This document shows, one piece after another, positions 21,236-29,880 of a stretch of DNA of 64,000 nucleotides (position 1 is its first letter; the number at the start of each line of letters is the position of its first letter). The notes under the pieces were generated by a model, which saw nothing but the letters and a program-made list of their open reading frames with translations, had not been told where the DNA came from and did not search any database. The position numbers were made by a program, and so were the translations under genes. Source of the DNA: Desulfatiglandales bacterium (GTDB taxonomy: Bacteria > Desulfobacterota > DSM-4660 > Desulfatiglandales > HGW-15); contig CAXXJJ010000004.1 of assembly GCA_963667015.2 (NCBI GenBank), forward strand, positions 3,872,001 through 3,936,000. Reading direction: 5' to 3'.

Positions 21236-24200
21236 TCAGTTTACATACCAGAACCTGCCTTCCGGGGTTCTTATGATCTTTACTTTGTTGTCATCAGACA
21301 CCCTTACCTCCTCTACGACAGAAGACCTTTCTTCATGTACAATATTATCCATATAGATCCTGCCGGTAATGTTGAGGGTATAGGAGACTCTGTAGATATC
21401 TTCTCCTGTTTTTTCGACCTTCATGGAGCTAAGTTCCAGCTTTATATCGTCAAACACGGTGAACATGTTCCTGAAGTGATCTTCAACATCATAAAGGGTT
21501 GTTCCATCACCGGCCTCCCATTCGTCGCTCAGGCAGTTCATCAACCCGTAGTCGTTCTGATCTTCATATGCCTTTTGAAATGTTTCATAGAACTGCCTTA
21601 CCTGGAGGGACTTGTCGTCGATGGTTAGCAGTCGTTTTTCGATGTTTGATATGACTCCGGCAAGTTGAGAAAGGAGTTTTCTAACTCCGTCACGAATATA
21701 CATATAATCACTTGCATACTGGTTCTTCAGCAGGCCCGCTCTGTCAATATTATAAATGGCATCTTCATATTCATTATAGGGGACGTCCCTCAGAGTTCCT
21801 GAAATTGCTTCAGCCTTTTTCCTGAGTTCTTCAAGCTCAGATTTTTCAATATTCATGAGATTCAAAGACTTTTTAACGATCTCTTCAGCGCTTTTAATTC
21901 TCTGTATCAGGGGCCCGGCCAGACTGCTCCATCTGGCTATTGCCTGGTTTGCCAGGCTGGTGTACATGGCCGCCTCTGCCTGAGATCTGGCTTCAATATG
22001 TTTGTAGTAGACCTCTTTGAGCTTTTCTCTCAGGGCAAGGTAATCCTTGCCTAAAGGCGTGTCTGCCGGGACCTTCATGTCTTCCACAAAGCGATTATCA
22101 GGGCTGGTGTATTTCATTCCGACAGGTATCAGCTCCCTGATCCTGGACCAGTTTTCATCAAAGCTGTCTGCTCCAGGCACAAGGTTTCCTGCAAGGGCTG
22201 ATGCTTCGCTGAGGTTGCGTCTCAGTACCACGCGGACTTTTTCATTCTGGACCCAGGTCCCGGTAAAAAAATTATCCTCATCTACAACCGGAAGGGCCGA
22301 AAGTTCCCTCATGAACCTTTTCACTTCGGTATCGAGCCAGGGTGCAACACCTTTCAGGAACGAACCCAGGTTGGTGGATAGAATTTTATTCAATGATGAT
22401 TCGGTTTGCCCCAGCTCTTTTTTTGTAAGGTAATGCAGATAAGGTTTGTGCCTTGTAACCTTTCTGCCGTCCACCATATTGGATTCGGTGTTTGCCAGTA
22501 CAGAAAAACTGTTTTCATCAAACATTGCTTCAGAGGCAATTGCTGTGTCCCTGAAGTTTTTAAGATTGCGTTCCGCTTTCTGAAGCCAGGACATGTCTGC
22601 CCGAATATTTTCAATGTACTTTGCGCAGTCATCGGAAATATTCTCAACATCGTCAATATAGGATGATACGGAGTCTTTCAGATCGTTAAAATAGGTGTTA
22701 ATATTGTTGTAATCAGCGCCGGTTAAAAACTGGGGATCTATATATGTGTTTATCTGGCCGGATAAGGCAGCGGTTTCTTTTTTAAAATCTTTCCACTGCT
22801 CAACAATATATTGAAGGTTATCGAGTGATCCTGTTACATCTTTGATTGATATGGAAACAGAATAGAGTTCCTGGTCTCTTGTGTAGAGAGGCGAAAGAAG
22901 ATTGTTAATTCCCTCTACTGCACCCATGTAGAGCTGTGCTGAAGGTTTTATCTTTGCTCCCTGAAGACCGACATATGAGTTGTCACTTACTTTATTTTTG
23001 AGTGACTTAATATATTCCTCTGTTTTCGAGTTCTTATTGCTTTTATAAAAGTCTGCAAAAAAGGCATAACGTGTTTTCAGGGGAAGATACTCTTCATATA
23101 ATGGTGCTACATTGTTTTCAGCAAAAGCCCTTGTTTCTTTCATCCATACTGTCGTTTCTTCTCTTGTGATCTTTGCAATAGCAATAATATTTCCTGCGGC
23201 TTCCTTTGCCATCTGCTGAGCTTCTTCCCATGCAATATCCAGGGCTTTAAGCCTGTCTCTGGAAGGGTTAAGAGCCGCTCCCATCTGACTCGCCTGCTCC
23301 CTCAGCGCTTCTCCTCTTTCTCTTCTTGCTTTTCTCTGTTCTTCTGTTTCTCCTTTAACTGCATTTCCATTTTCATCTTTGAGCCAGAAAAGATTGTCAC
23401 CCTGTATCCTTATTTTACTGATCTCCCTATCCTGAGCAGCTATTGAAGCTCTCAGGGAGACTATCTCATCCGGAGGTTTAACCTCTTTCAGCTTTTCTTC
23501 AAGGTAATCTTTATAACCTTTAACCGTGTCTTTTTCTTCCGTGGTTCCCGTCCCGTTTCCTGCAGCACGGGAATAATCCTCCCCTGCCCATGCCGTTTCA
23601 ATCTCCTCGGCTATCGGCTCTCTTCCCTCAGGGAGAACACCATTATCAAGAGGATGTTTGAACTGACCCCTTTCAAGCGTGCTGATGTAGCGATCCTTTA
23701 TCACCGAAACATCTTCAACTCCGCCCCAGTTAAAGGGCTGAAGGATTTTCCCGAATTTCTGTTTGAACATGTCAACCGTGTCGATTTGGGGAAGTTCTTC
23801 GGTTGTTTGCTGCTCGTAGGTTTCTTCCGGCGGTTTAGGCTCTTCAAGTTTTTTTCTTATTTCTTTTATAAAGAGTTTCAGGGCATCTTCTGCCTTTGAG
23901 TATGCCTGTTTCAGGCCTGTGAATGCGCTGTTCCTCCTGTCTGCAACCGGGCCTCTGGAGGGTATCCATGCGATGACATCCTTTACATAATCAGAAATCA
24001 TTCTTATATGGACCTGCAGGCTTTCATAATCCTTTTCCTCTGCGGCCTTTTCTATTCTTTCGTTGCAAGTTTTGAGATAAACCTCTACAACACCCAGCAT
24101 AGTTATGGCCCTGTCCATCCTTTTAACTGTTTCTTCCATATTTGCGCTGGATGACTGCTTTATTTTATCGGCAAGCTTCTGAAGTTCCTGTCGAGCGACA

Positions 24201-25159
24201 ACCTGCTGTTCCTTGACCTTTGCCGCCTTGTTGATCCAGGAAATCATGCCTCCAATATAGGATTTAAGCGTTGCGCGCTCCTTGATAATGGCTTCCCTTG
24301 TCTGGTCCTCAAGGGCATCCTCAGCCTTTATATCCGACCACATTGCAGCAGAATAGGTGTCTATGGTATCGAAAAAACCTGGTCCGGGAAAATCCTTCTG
24401 GAGCTGTTCCGTTACATAGACCCTGAAAAACTGTCGGAATGAAGGGTCTTCAACAACCCTTTTCCAGACTTTATTGATATTTCCGGATGTAGGAGGAAAG
24501 GGGTCACCCACTCCAAGGGTGCGGCCGGATGACTTTGTGCGAAGCATGATTTCAATAGATGCGTACATGCTTCCAAGCTGTGTGGACTTTGTTTCATTGG
24601 CAAGGGCCTTTTCCGATTCTCTCCATACAGTAAATGCAACAATTACGGCTGTAACATAGGCTGTCGAAGTGATGCCTATTGCTTTTAAAGCTGCCGTTCC
24701 GGTTGCAGTACCTGCTCCTTCGGACAGAGCAAGCAGGGAGCCCGAGACCATTGCCTCATCATACTGCTCGGAGTATATCTTTCCGCTTATGTCAGTAACT
24801 GCCGTAAGAACACCTATTGCTTTCGTCAGTTTCTGCATGTTGTCCCTAATGAATTTCTGGGTTGCAAGCTGTTTTGCGATTTCCCCGCCTTTCCATGCCT
24901 CGTTTGTGAATGTCGTCCCGGATGCCTTGACAGAGGCTTCCAGAATTTCACCATACACGGCAGGTATCCCGTTTGAGGCGAGGTGATCCAGAAAAGGCAC
25001 AGCGTGGCTGTCTTTTACAACATCATATTTGCCTACAATGACCGATGCAGTCCTTTCGCTGGAATTACCTTCACTTAATCCTGCAGAAGGAACAGCAAGC
25101 TGGACACACATGCTCACAAGGCTGGCAACAGCAATAATTCTATTTCTAAACGAATACAT
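21236..25159 (-). CDS. Large secreted helical/coiled-coil protein with C-terminal NTF2/SnoaL-like domain
   Basis: Signal peptide; shares P.VYGEI, R.LG.G.P, F..YVT..L..D.P.P and the C-terminal ~125 aa with 14582-18076. Confidence 0.8.
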   Translation of the reverse strand: MYSFRNRIIAVASLVSMCVQLAVPSAGLSEGNSSERTASVIVGKYDVVKDSHAVPFLDHLASNGIPAVYGEILEASVKASGTTFTNEAWKGGEIAKQLATQKFIRDNMQKLTKAIGVLTAVTDISGKIYSEQYDEAMVSGSLLALSEGAGTATGTAALKAIGITSTAYVTAVIVAFTVWRESEKALANETKSTQLGSMYASIEIMLRTKSSGRTLGVGDPFPPTSGNINKVWKRVVEDPSFRQFFRVYVTEQLQKDFPGPGFFDTIDTYSAAMWSDIKAEDALEDQTREAIIKERATLKSYIGGMISWINKAAKVKEQQVVARQELQKLADKIKQSSSANMEETVKRMDRAITMLGVVEVYLKTCNERIEKAAEEKDYESLQVHIRMISDYVKDVIAWIPSRGPVADRRNSAFTGLKQAYSKAEDALKLFIKEIRKKLEEPKPPEETYEQQTTEELPQIDTVDMFKQKFGKILQPFNWGGVEDVSVIKDRYISTLERGQFKHPLDNGVLPEGREPIAEEIETAWAGEDYSRAAGNGTGTTEEKDTVKGYKDYLEEKLKEVKPPDEIVSLRASIAAQDREISKIRIQGDNLFWLKDENGNAVKGETEEQRKARRERGEALREQASQMGAALNPSRDRLKALDIAWEEAQQMAKEAAGNIIAIAKITREETTVWMKETRAFAENNVAPLYEEYLPLKTRYAFFADFYKSNKNSKTEEYIKSLKNKVSDNSYVGLQGAKIKPSAQLYMGAVEGINNLLSPLYTRDQELYSVSISIKDVTGSLDNLQYIVEQWKDFKKETAALSGQINTYIDPQFLTGADYNNINTYFNDLKDSVSSYIDDVENISDDCAKYIENIRADMSWLQKAERNLKNFRDTAIASEAMFDENSFSVLANTESNMVDGRKVTRHKPYLHYLTKKELGQTESSLNKILSTNLGSFLKGVAPWLDTEVKRFMRELSALPVVDEDNFFTGTWVQNEKVRVVLRRNLSEASALAGNLVPGADSFDENWSRIRELIPVGMKYTSPDNRFVEDMKVPADTPLGKDYLALREKLKEVYYKHIEARSQAEAAMYTSLANQAIARWSSLAGPLIQRIKSAEEIVKKSLNLMNIEKSELEELRKKAEAISGTLRDVPYNEYEDAIYNIDRAGLLKNQYASDYMYIRDGVRKLLSQLAGVISNIEKRLLTIDDKSLQVRQFYETFQKAYEDQNDYGLMNCLSDEWEAGDGTTLYDVEDHFRNMFTVFDDIKLELSSMKVEKTGEDIYRVSYTLNITGRIYMDNIVHEERSSVVEEVRVSDDNKVKIIRTPEGRFWYVN

Positions 25160-25217
25160 ATAGAGCTCTATGCAAACCCCGCAATACCGGCAGGATTTGC
25201 ATAGATTATTCCTTTAA

Positions 25218-26462
25218 TTAGTTATTATCCCACGTAGCTACGTTGCTTGGAGCGCCTGTTTTTCCATCCCTGGTCAGTCTGACCCTGTAGTAGAGGATTG
25301 CTGCCTGCTGGGCAATGGCGTCGGTTGTAATTCTGATAAAGTTATCACCAGGTCTCAGATCTACCTCAGTCCAGGGACCATTTTCAGAGAAGGCTTCTTC
25401 AACGATAACCTCATACAGCATCAGCTCATCCCATGTCCCGGTCCAGTCAAATTCCAGATCTATATAATGATGTTTTGTACCGTCACTTATGTAAAGGTTT
25501 TCAGGTGTCGGGATCCCGTTCACATCCCCACTGTCTCCACCGATCCCACTGTCATCGCTGTCTCCCGCTGTCTGAGAGAGAGGTTTCAGGTTTATATTTC
25601 CACGGCTGTCGACAGAAATGATTGGCTCATCCGAACCTAAGACTGTTCCTGTACCTATATTAGCGGCATCACTCAAACCGAATATCAGAGGATTTTTCAT
25701 GCTTTTTACCTTCAGTCCACGACCCTCAGGAATAAATGAGAATTCGGTCATTCCTTTATCAGAGTAGGTTTGCCCATCTCTTGCACCAATAAGAAAACGG
25801 TTATAGGTAATAGCTGCATATACTCCGCCTTTTGAGTCTGAGGCTATTGTTGTAAGAACAAACCTTAAGTCGATATTGTCAAAAAGAGAAAAATCTTTTC
25901 TTACTGCACGGTCTAGCAAAGTGAAATCACCGGCAAAATCATCGCTTATGAAATCCATAAATCCGATGGCATTTTTACTCATGTATGATTCTGTTAATTT
26001 ATTCAGAACCTCGGACACTGCCGCTCGAATATCCTGGTTTGATACCGTTACAATCTTACGTGTCTCTTCAAAATCGTTGGACTTTCCACTGGTTGTAAGT
26101 ATCTTTACATAGATTTCATATGCCTTTTCGATTTCCGGTTTAAATTTTAAGACAAAGGCCCCATCCTTTGACAGTTCAGCCTTTTTCCATGACTCTTTTC
26201 CATCGATGCTTATCTGAACAGAACCGATACCGCCTTTTTTAATAGAGGCTTTCCCCTTGATCATAATATTTCCTTCTTCAAGGTACTGCCTGTATAATGT
26301 GATTTCTTCTCCGCCTTCATCAAAGGAGATATTGTTAATATATAGATATGAAAGAGTTATTTCGTCCTGATTCTGTCCGAAGATCCACCATTTTGCCTGC
26401 ACCTGGATCGATAGGAGAAAGATTGATAGAATAAGCGCTGTCAATATTGTGCATTTTTTCAT
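25218..26462 (-). CDS. Secreted Ig-like + NTF2-like protein with FN3-like C-terminus
   Basis: QAKWWIFGQ, FMDFISDDFAGD, SMKNPLIFGLSDA; C-terminal P.PENL...W...Y.V...YYRV....G..SN. Confidence 0.8.
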   Translation of the reverse strand: MKKCTILTALILSIFLLSIQVQAKWWIFGQNQDEITLSYLYINNISFDEGGEEITLYRQYLEEGNIMIKGKASIKKGGIGSVQISIDGKESWKKAELSKDGAFVLKFKPEIEKAYEIYVKILTTSGKSNDFEETRKIVTVSNQDIRAAVSEVLNKLTESYMSKNAIGFMDFISDDFAGDFTLLDRAVRKDFSLFDNIDLRFVLTTIASDSKGGVYAAITYNRFLIGARDGQTYSDKGMTEFSFIPEGRGLKVKSMKNPLIFGLSDAANIGTGTVLGSDEPIISVDSRGNINLKPLSQTAGDSDDSGIGGDSGDVNGIPTPENLYISDGTKHHYIDLEFDWTGTWDELMLYEVIVEEAFSENGPWTEVDLRPGDNFIRITTDAIAQQAAILYYRVRLTRDGKTGAPSNVATWDNN

Positions 26463-26606
26463 TTAAAACTCCTTTTATGCCGATCTTACTTTTATCGAAA
26501 GATCCTGATGATTCCTGTGATACGGGTAAAATCCTAAAAAAACTTATCTTATTGTTTCTCTGACGCTGGAAAAATATAATGGCCTTACTTTTTATCTGCA
26601 GACAAA

Positions 26607-26623
26607 AGCAAATCGGGTGCCAA
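26607..26623 (-). promoter_or_regulatory. sigma54 promoter for the 5-gene secreted-protein operon
   Basis: Minus strand TTGGCAC-CCGAT-TTGCT, an exact -24/-12 consensus. Confidence 0.85.
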
Positions 26624-26704
26624 CTTTGCTGTAAACAAATTGTTATTTATTTTCAGTTGATTACAAATATTGATCCGGCACAGGGAAGGGAATTTACTGG
26701 CTCA

Positions 26705-26745
26705 CTGGTTCATATGCACCACCAATTGTGGTGCATATGAACCAG
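26705..26745. promoter_or_regulatory. 18-bp perfect inverted repeat, probable enhancer-binding-protein UAS
   Basis: CTGGTTCATATGCACCAC-caatt-GTGGTGCATATGAACCAG, about 80-120 bp upstream of the sigma54 site. Confidence 0.6.
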
Positions 26746-26828
26746 ATTAAAAAGACAAAGTGGCAGTTTAAAGGGTGCTGTTTGAGTAGAAAGATAAGTT
26801 ATTCGAAATGGCTGATCAGGCAGTCGTG

Positions 26829-27875
26829 TTATTTGTAATTTAGCTGTTGTTTTATCCGCATTAAATCCCTGTCTTCCGGTTTGAAAGGGTAGTTTCTCAT
26901 GTCAGGTCCCGGTCGTGAATTGGCAAAGGGCCTGTTACATGCAACTTCACCGTCGTATCCTTCACATCCGCTTGTCCTGAAGGGTTCTCCCGTATTGATT
27001 ATACTTTCCAGTTCTATTTCGGATAATCCAAAATCAAGAATCTTTCCAGCGTCATCAAAGGTTAATCCGGACATATCACTAATACGGTTGTCTATGAGGT
27101 ATCGTGCGATCTGGATTCTCCTGTAATGGTCCATGGATGGCAAAGGGTGGTCTGCCATCCGGGAATCCGCTTCCGGGAAAAACGAAAACAGATGGGTTCT
27201 TCCCTCCATATTCCTTACTCGTTGAATGGCCTGACACATCTCCTGTTCTGTCTCTCCCATGCCCGTCATAAAGTGAGATCCTGCATTCCCGTCTCCAAAG
27301 ATATCTATGGAATCTTCAAGGCACTGCCAGTATTGTTCCCATTTGTGAGGCCCTTTAACACCTCTGCCCCTGTATTTATCAAACAGTTCCTCTGTTGCAA
27401 GGTCAATGGCAACACCTATTTTATCGGCCCCGGCAGCCTTAAATTCTTCAAGATCTTTGTATTTTAGAATCGTGGGAGAAATAAGAAGCGACACCGGTAT
27501 ATCAAAGGAAGAGCGAAGCTTTTTACAGATGTCCTTTGTATCCTTTACAGACCTGCCATTGGTCACCATGGAAATGCATATCCTTTTTACCCTGTCCTGC
27601 CTGTTTAAAATCCCCTCTATTATTTCATCCAGTGTATATTGAGGCCATGTGACCCGTATAAAACTTTTTTTGCTGTAGATCCCCGGACGGCTGTTTGAAA
27701 GCCCGCAGTATGCACACCTTGCAGCACATCCCTCCTGGTAGGTGAGAAGCAGGTTGATACAGTATAACCTTGCATTGCGGTAAAACAGACCGGGTTTAAA
27801 GCCCAGTGTCATGGCAGCTGCCAGGCTCATCCTCAGGTATTCGGGGCTTTCCTGTTTTTCTTTATTTTCATTCAT
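26829..27875 (-). CDS. lipS2: Radical SAM lipoyl synthase LipS2
   Basis: CAARCAYC; C-terminal TSGC...CNRP motif; lipoate ligase context. Confidence 0.8.
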   Translation of the reverse strand: MNENKEKQESPEYLRMSLAAAMTLGFKPGLFYRNARLYCINLLLTYQEGCAARCAYCGLSNSRPGIYSKKSFIRVTWPQYTLDEIIEGILNRQDRVKRICISMVTNGRSVKDTKDICKKLRSSFDIPVSLLISPTILKYKDLEEFKAAGADKIGVAIDLATEELFDKYRGRGVKGPHKWEQYWQCLEDSIDIFGDGNAGSHFMTGMGETEQEMCQAIQRVRNMEGRTHLFSFFPEADSRMADHPLPSMDHYRRIQIARYLIDNRISDMSGLTFDDAGKILDFGLSEIELESIINTGEPFRTSGCEGYDGEVACNRPFANSRPGPDMRNYPFKPEDRDLMRIKQQLNYK

Positions 27876-28822
27876 TTATTCCAGCCTTCAACATAAAAAG
27901 GCCTTGATACCGAACAGCATGTCTTCTGGTATTTTATTTCCAGACCGAGTTCGGCAGCATATTCAAGTGCCTCTTCAGATGGGATTGCCATCCTGTTTAT
28001 CCCGGCTTCAATGGCAAGTATTTCCTTTTTAATGTCGCCGCGCTGCCTTGCACACCCCAGGCTCAGAAGGGTACCGGGCATCATTAGCCTTGCCTTAACG
28101 ATGATCTCTGCAATTTCTTCGGCAGCAGGTGGTGTCTTTCCCCACAATGGTGTTTTGGGCAGCGGCATGAGCGAAATAATGACCAGCTGAGCAGGATTGT
28201 ATAGTTTTACTGCTTCAAGGGCCGCTTCTTCATACCTGATGCTGCCGTTTTCAAGGCCGCAGATAATATGAGGGACTATATCCACACCTGCGTCATTAAG
28301 ATATTTCATGGTGTCGTAAATGGCCGAAACACCATGTTTCAAATGACATATCTTCTGATATGTCGAGTCATCACCAATCACATCCATCAATGCCTGATCA
28401 ACGCCAGCATCCCTGAAACCCCTTGCGGTTTCTTCATCAAGTATACCGCTGTGCCCGGAAACAAACAGGTTTGTCCGTTTCTTTATCTCCTTTATTGCCG
28501 GCAGAAACTCCTTCCAGGGAAGCCTGCCTTCACGGTCGCAACCGCCTGTAACCAGCATGCCGGGACAGCCTTTTTTATTATACTGAATGGCCTTTTCCAC
28601 AAGCTCTTCGGGGGTAACAGCGGCAGGCATTGTTCTCAGGAGCTGCCCTTTGCAGTGATCGCAAAGCAGAGAACATTTTTTTCCGGTCATTGAAACAGCA
28701 GGATAATCACCCCTTATGCCATCAAGGGAAAACATTCCTGGTAAATAAACTGTAAGAGTTTTACCAAATTTTTCCCATGATAATTCCCTTGCCTGTTTTG
28801 AGCGGTTTTTTAATGTGTCCAT
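27872..28822 (-). CDS. lipS1: Radical SAM lipoyl synthase LipS1
   Basis: CSLLCDHC; LGCAR and C-terminal TCCS motifs. Confidence 0.8.
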   Translation of the reverse strand: MDTLKNRSKQARELSWEKFGKTLTVYLPGMFSLDGIRGDYPAVSMTGKKCSLLCDHCKGQLLRTMPAAVTPEELVEKAIQYNKKGCPGMLVTGGCDREGRLPWKEFLPAIKEIKKRTNLFVSGHSGILDEETARGFRDAGVDQALMDVIGDDSTYQKICHLKHGVSAIYDTMKYLNDAGVDIVPHIICGLENGSIRYEEAALEAVKLYNPAQLVIISLMPLPKTPLWGKTPPAAEEIAEIIVKARLMMPGTLLSLGCARQRGDIKKEILAIEAGINRMAIPSEEALEYAAELGLEIKYQKTCCSVSRPFYVEGWNK

Positions 28823-28824
28823 AT

Positions 28825-29880
28825 TTAATCTTTATAATATTCCCTGAAGGCAACCCAGCATTTTTTAATTTCTTTGTCCAGATCACTCCAGTTGTTTTCC
28901 ATCAACTGCCTTCGTTCAAAAGCCCTTTCCTGGCTTTTGCCGTACAGGTCCATCCATTCATTGTCATACTCTGAAAGCAGACTTATATCGTCTTTTTTAA
29001 CGGCCTCTGCGGCCCATTCCCCGGCCATCCGTCCGCACATGACCGCCTGCGCAACTCCTGCCCCGGTAATGGGGTGTGTCTGACCTCCGGCATCACCTGC
29101 CAGCATTACATTGTCTTTTGTTATTTTCCTGGGAGCTTCAGCCGGAATCCATCCGGCAGTGTATCCTGAAATTTCTCCGGTAATCTTTCCCTGTGCCTTT
29201 AATTCCTTCAGAAAAAATTCAAGATGACTCTTAAGGCCCTTAAACCCCTTAACCTGTTTTATTCCAAGACCAATATTTGCTGTGTTTCCCTTTGGAAAGA
29301 ACCAGGCATAACCACCGTAAAACCTTTTATCAAACCGGACTTCCGTATAATCGATGGAGTCGGTAAGGGCGGCCCTTGCCTGTAATGCAGGAAGAAGATT
29401 TTTGTTGGGGGAACCGATCCATTTTCCCACCCTTGAGTGCGGACCGTCGGCGCCTATAATTATCTTTGCCCTTATGTTTATTCGTTCACTTTTTTTTAAT
29501 ACAGTAACATCATTCCCATCCAGTCCTACCGCACTGCTTTCAGTCCATACTTCGGCGCCTGAATCTACTGCCTTTGCTGCCAGGGCCTGATCAAACTGAT
29601 TCCTGTTGATAATAAAGCCTGGTGAAGGTGTTTCTGTTATTTCATTACCCGGAAGGATACTCTTCATGTTCTTTACCGGCTGAACGATAAATTCCTTTCC
29701 GCAGTACAGCTCTCCCAACAGCTGCCTTGGAATAAACTCCGCGCATCTAACAGGCTCGCCTATAACCTTCTTCCTGTCGATAAAGAGTACTTTTGCCCCG
29801 GCTCCTGCCGCCTTTTCTGCCGCAGAGGCCCCGGCAGGACCGGCGCCTATTACCAGGATATCACACCTGTATTCGGTCAC
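28825..29880 (-). CDS. FAD-dependent oxidoreductase, geranylgeranyl-reductase family (LipT-like)
   Basis: GAGPAG, GADG, GYAWFFPKG, AGDAGG..HP.TGAG; lies between the ligase and lipS1. Confidence 0.82.
   Translation of the reverse strand: MTEYRCDILVIGAGPAGASAAEKAAGAGAKVLFIDRKKVIGEPVRCAEFIPRQLLGELYCGKEFIVQPVKNMKSILPGNEITETPSPGFIINRNQFDQALAAKAVDSGAEVWTESSAVGLDGNDVTVLKKSERINIRAKIIIGADGPHSRVGKWIGSPNKNLLPALQARAALTDSIDYTEVRFDKRFYGGYAWFFPKGNTANIGLGIKQVKGFKGLKSHLEFFLKELKAQGKITGEISGYTAGWIPAEAPRKITKDNVMLAGDAGGQTHPITGAGVAQAVMCGRMAGEWAAEAVKKDDISLLSEYDNEWMDLYGKSQERAFERRQLMENNWSDLDKEIKKCWVAFREYYKD

Noticed and set aside
14582..25159. Phage tape-measure, SMC or T6SS/CDI assignment for the giant helical proteins
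   Set aside because: They have Sec signal peptides, and I found no Walker motifs, POTRA-type TpsB, haemagglutinin or RHS repeats, or phage context
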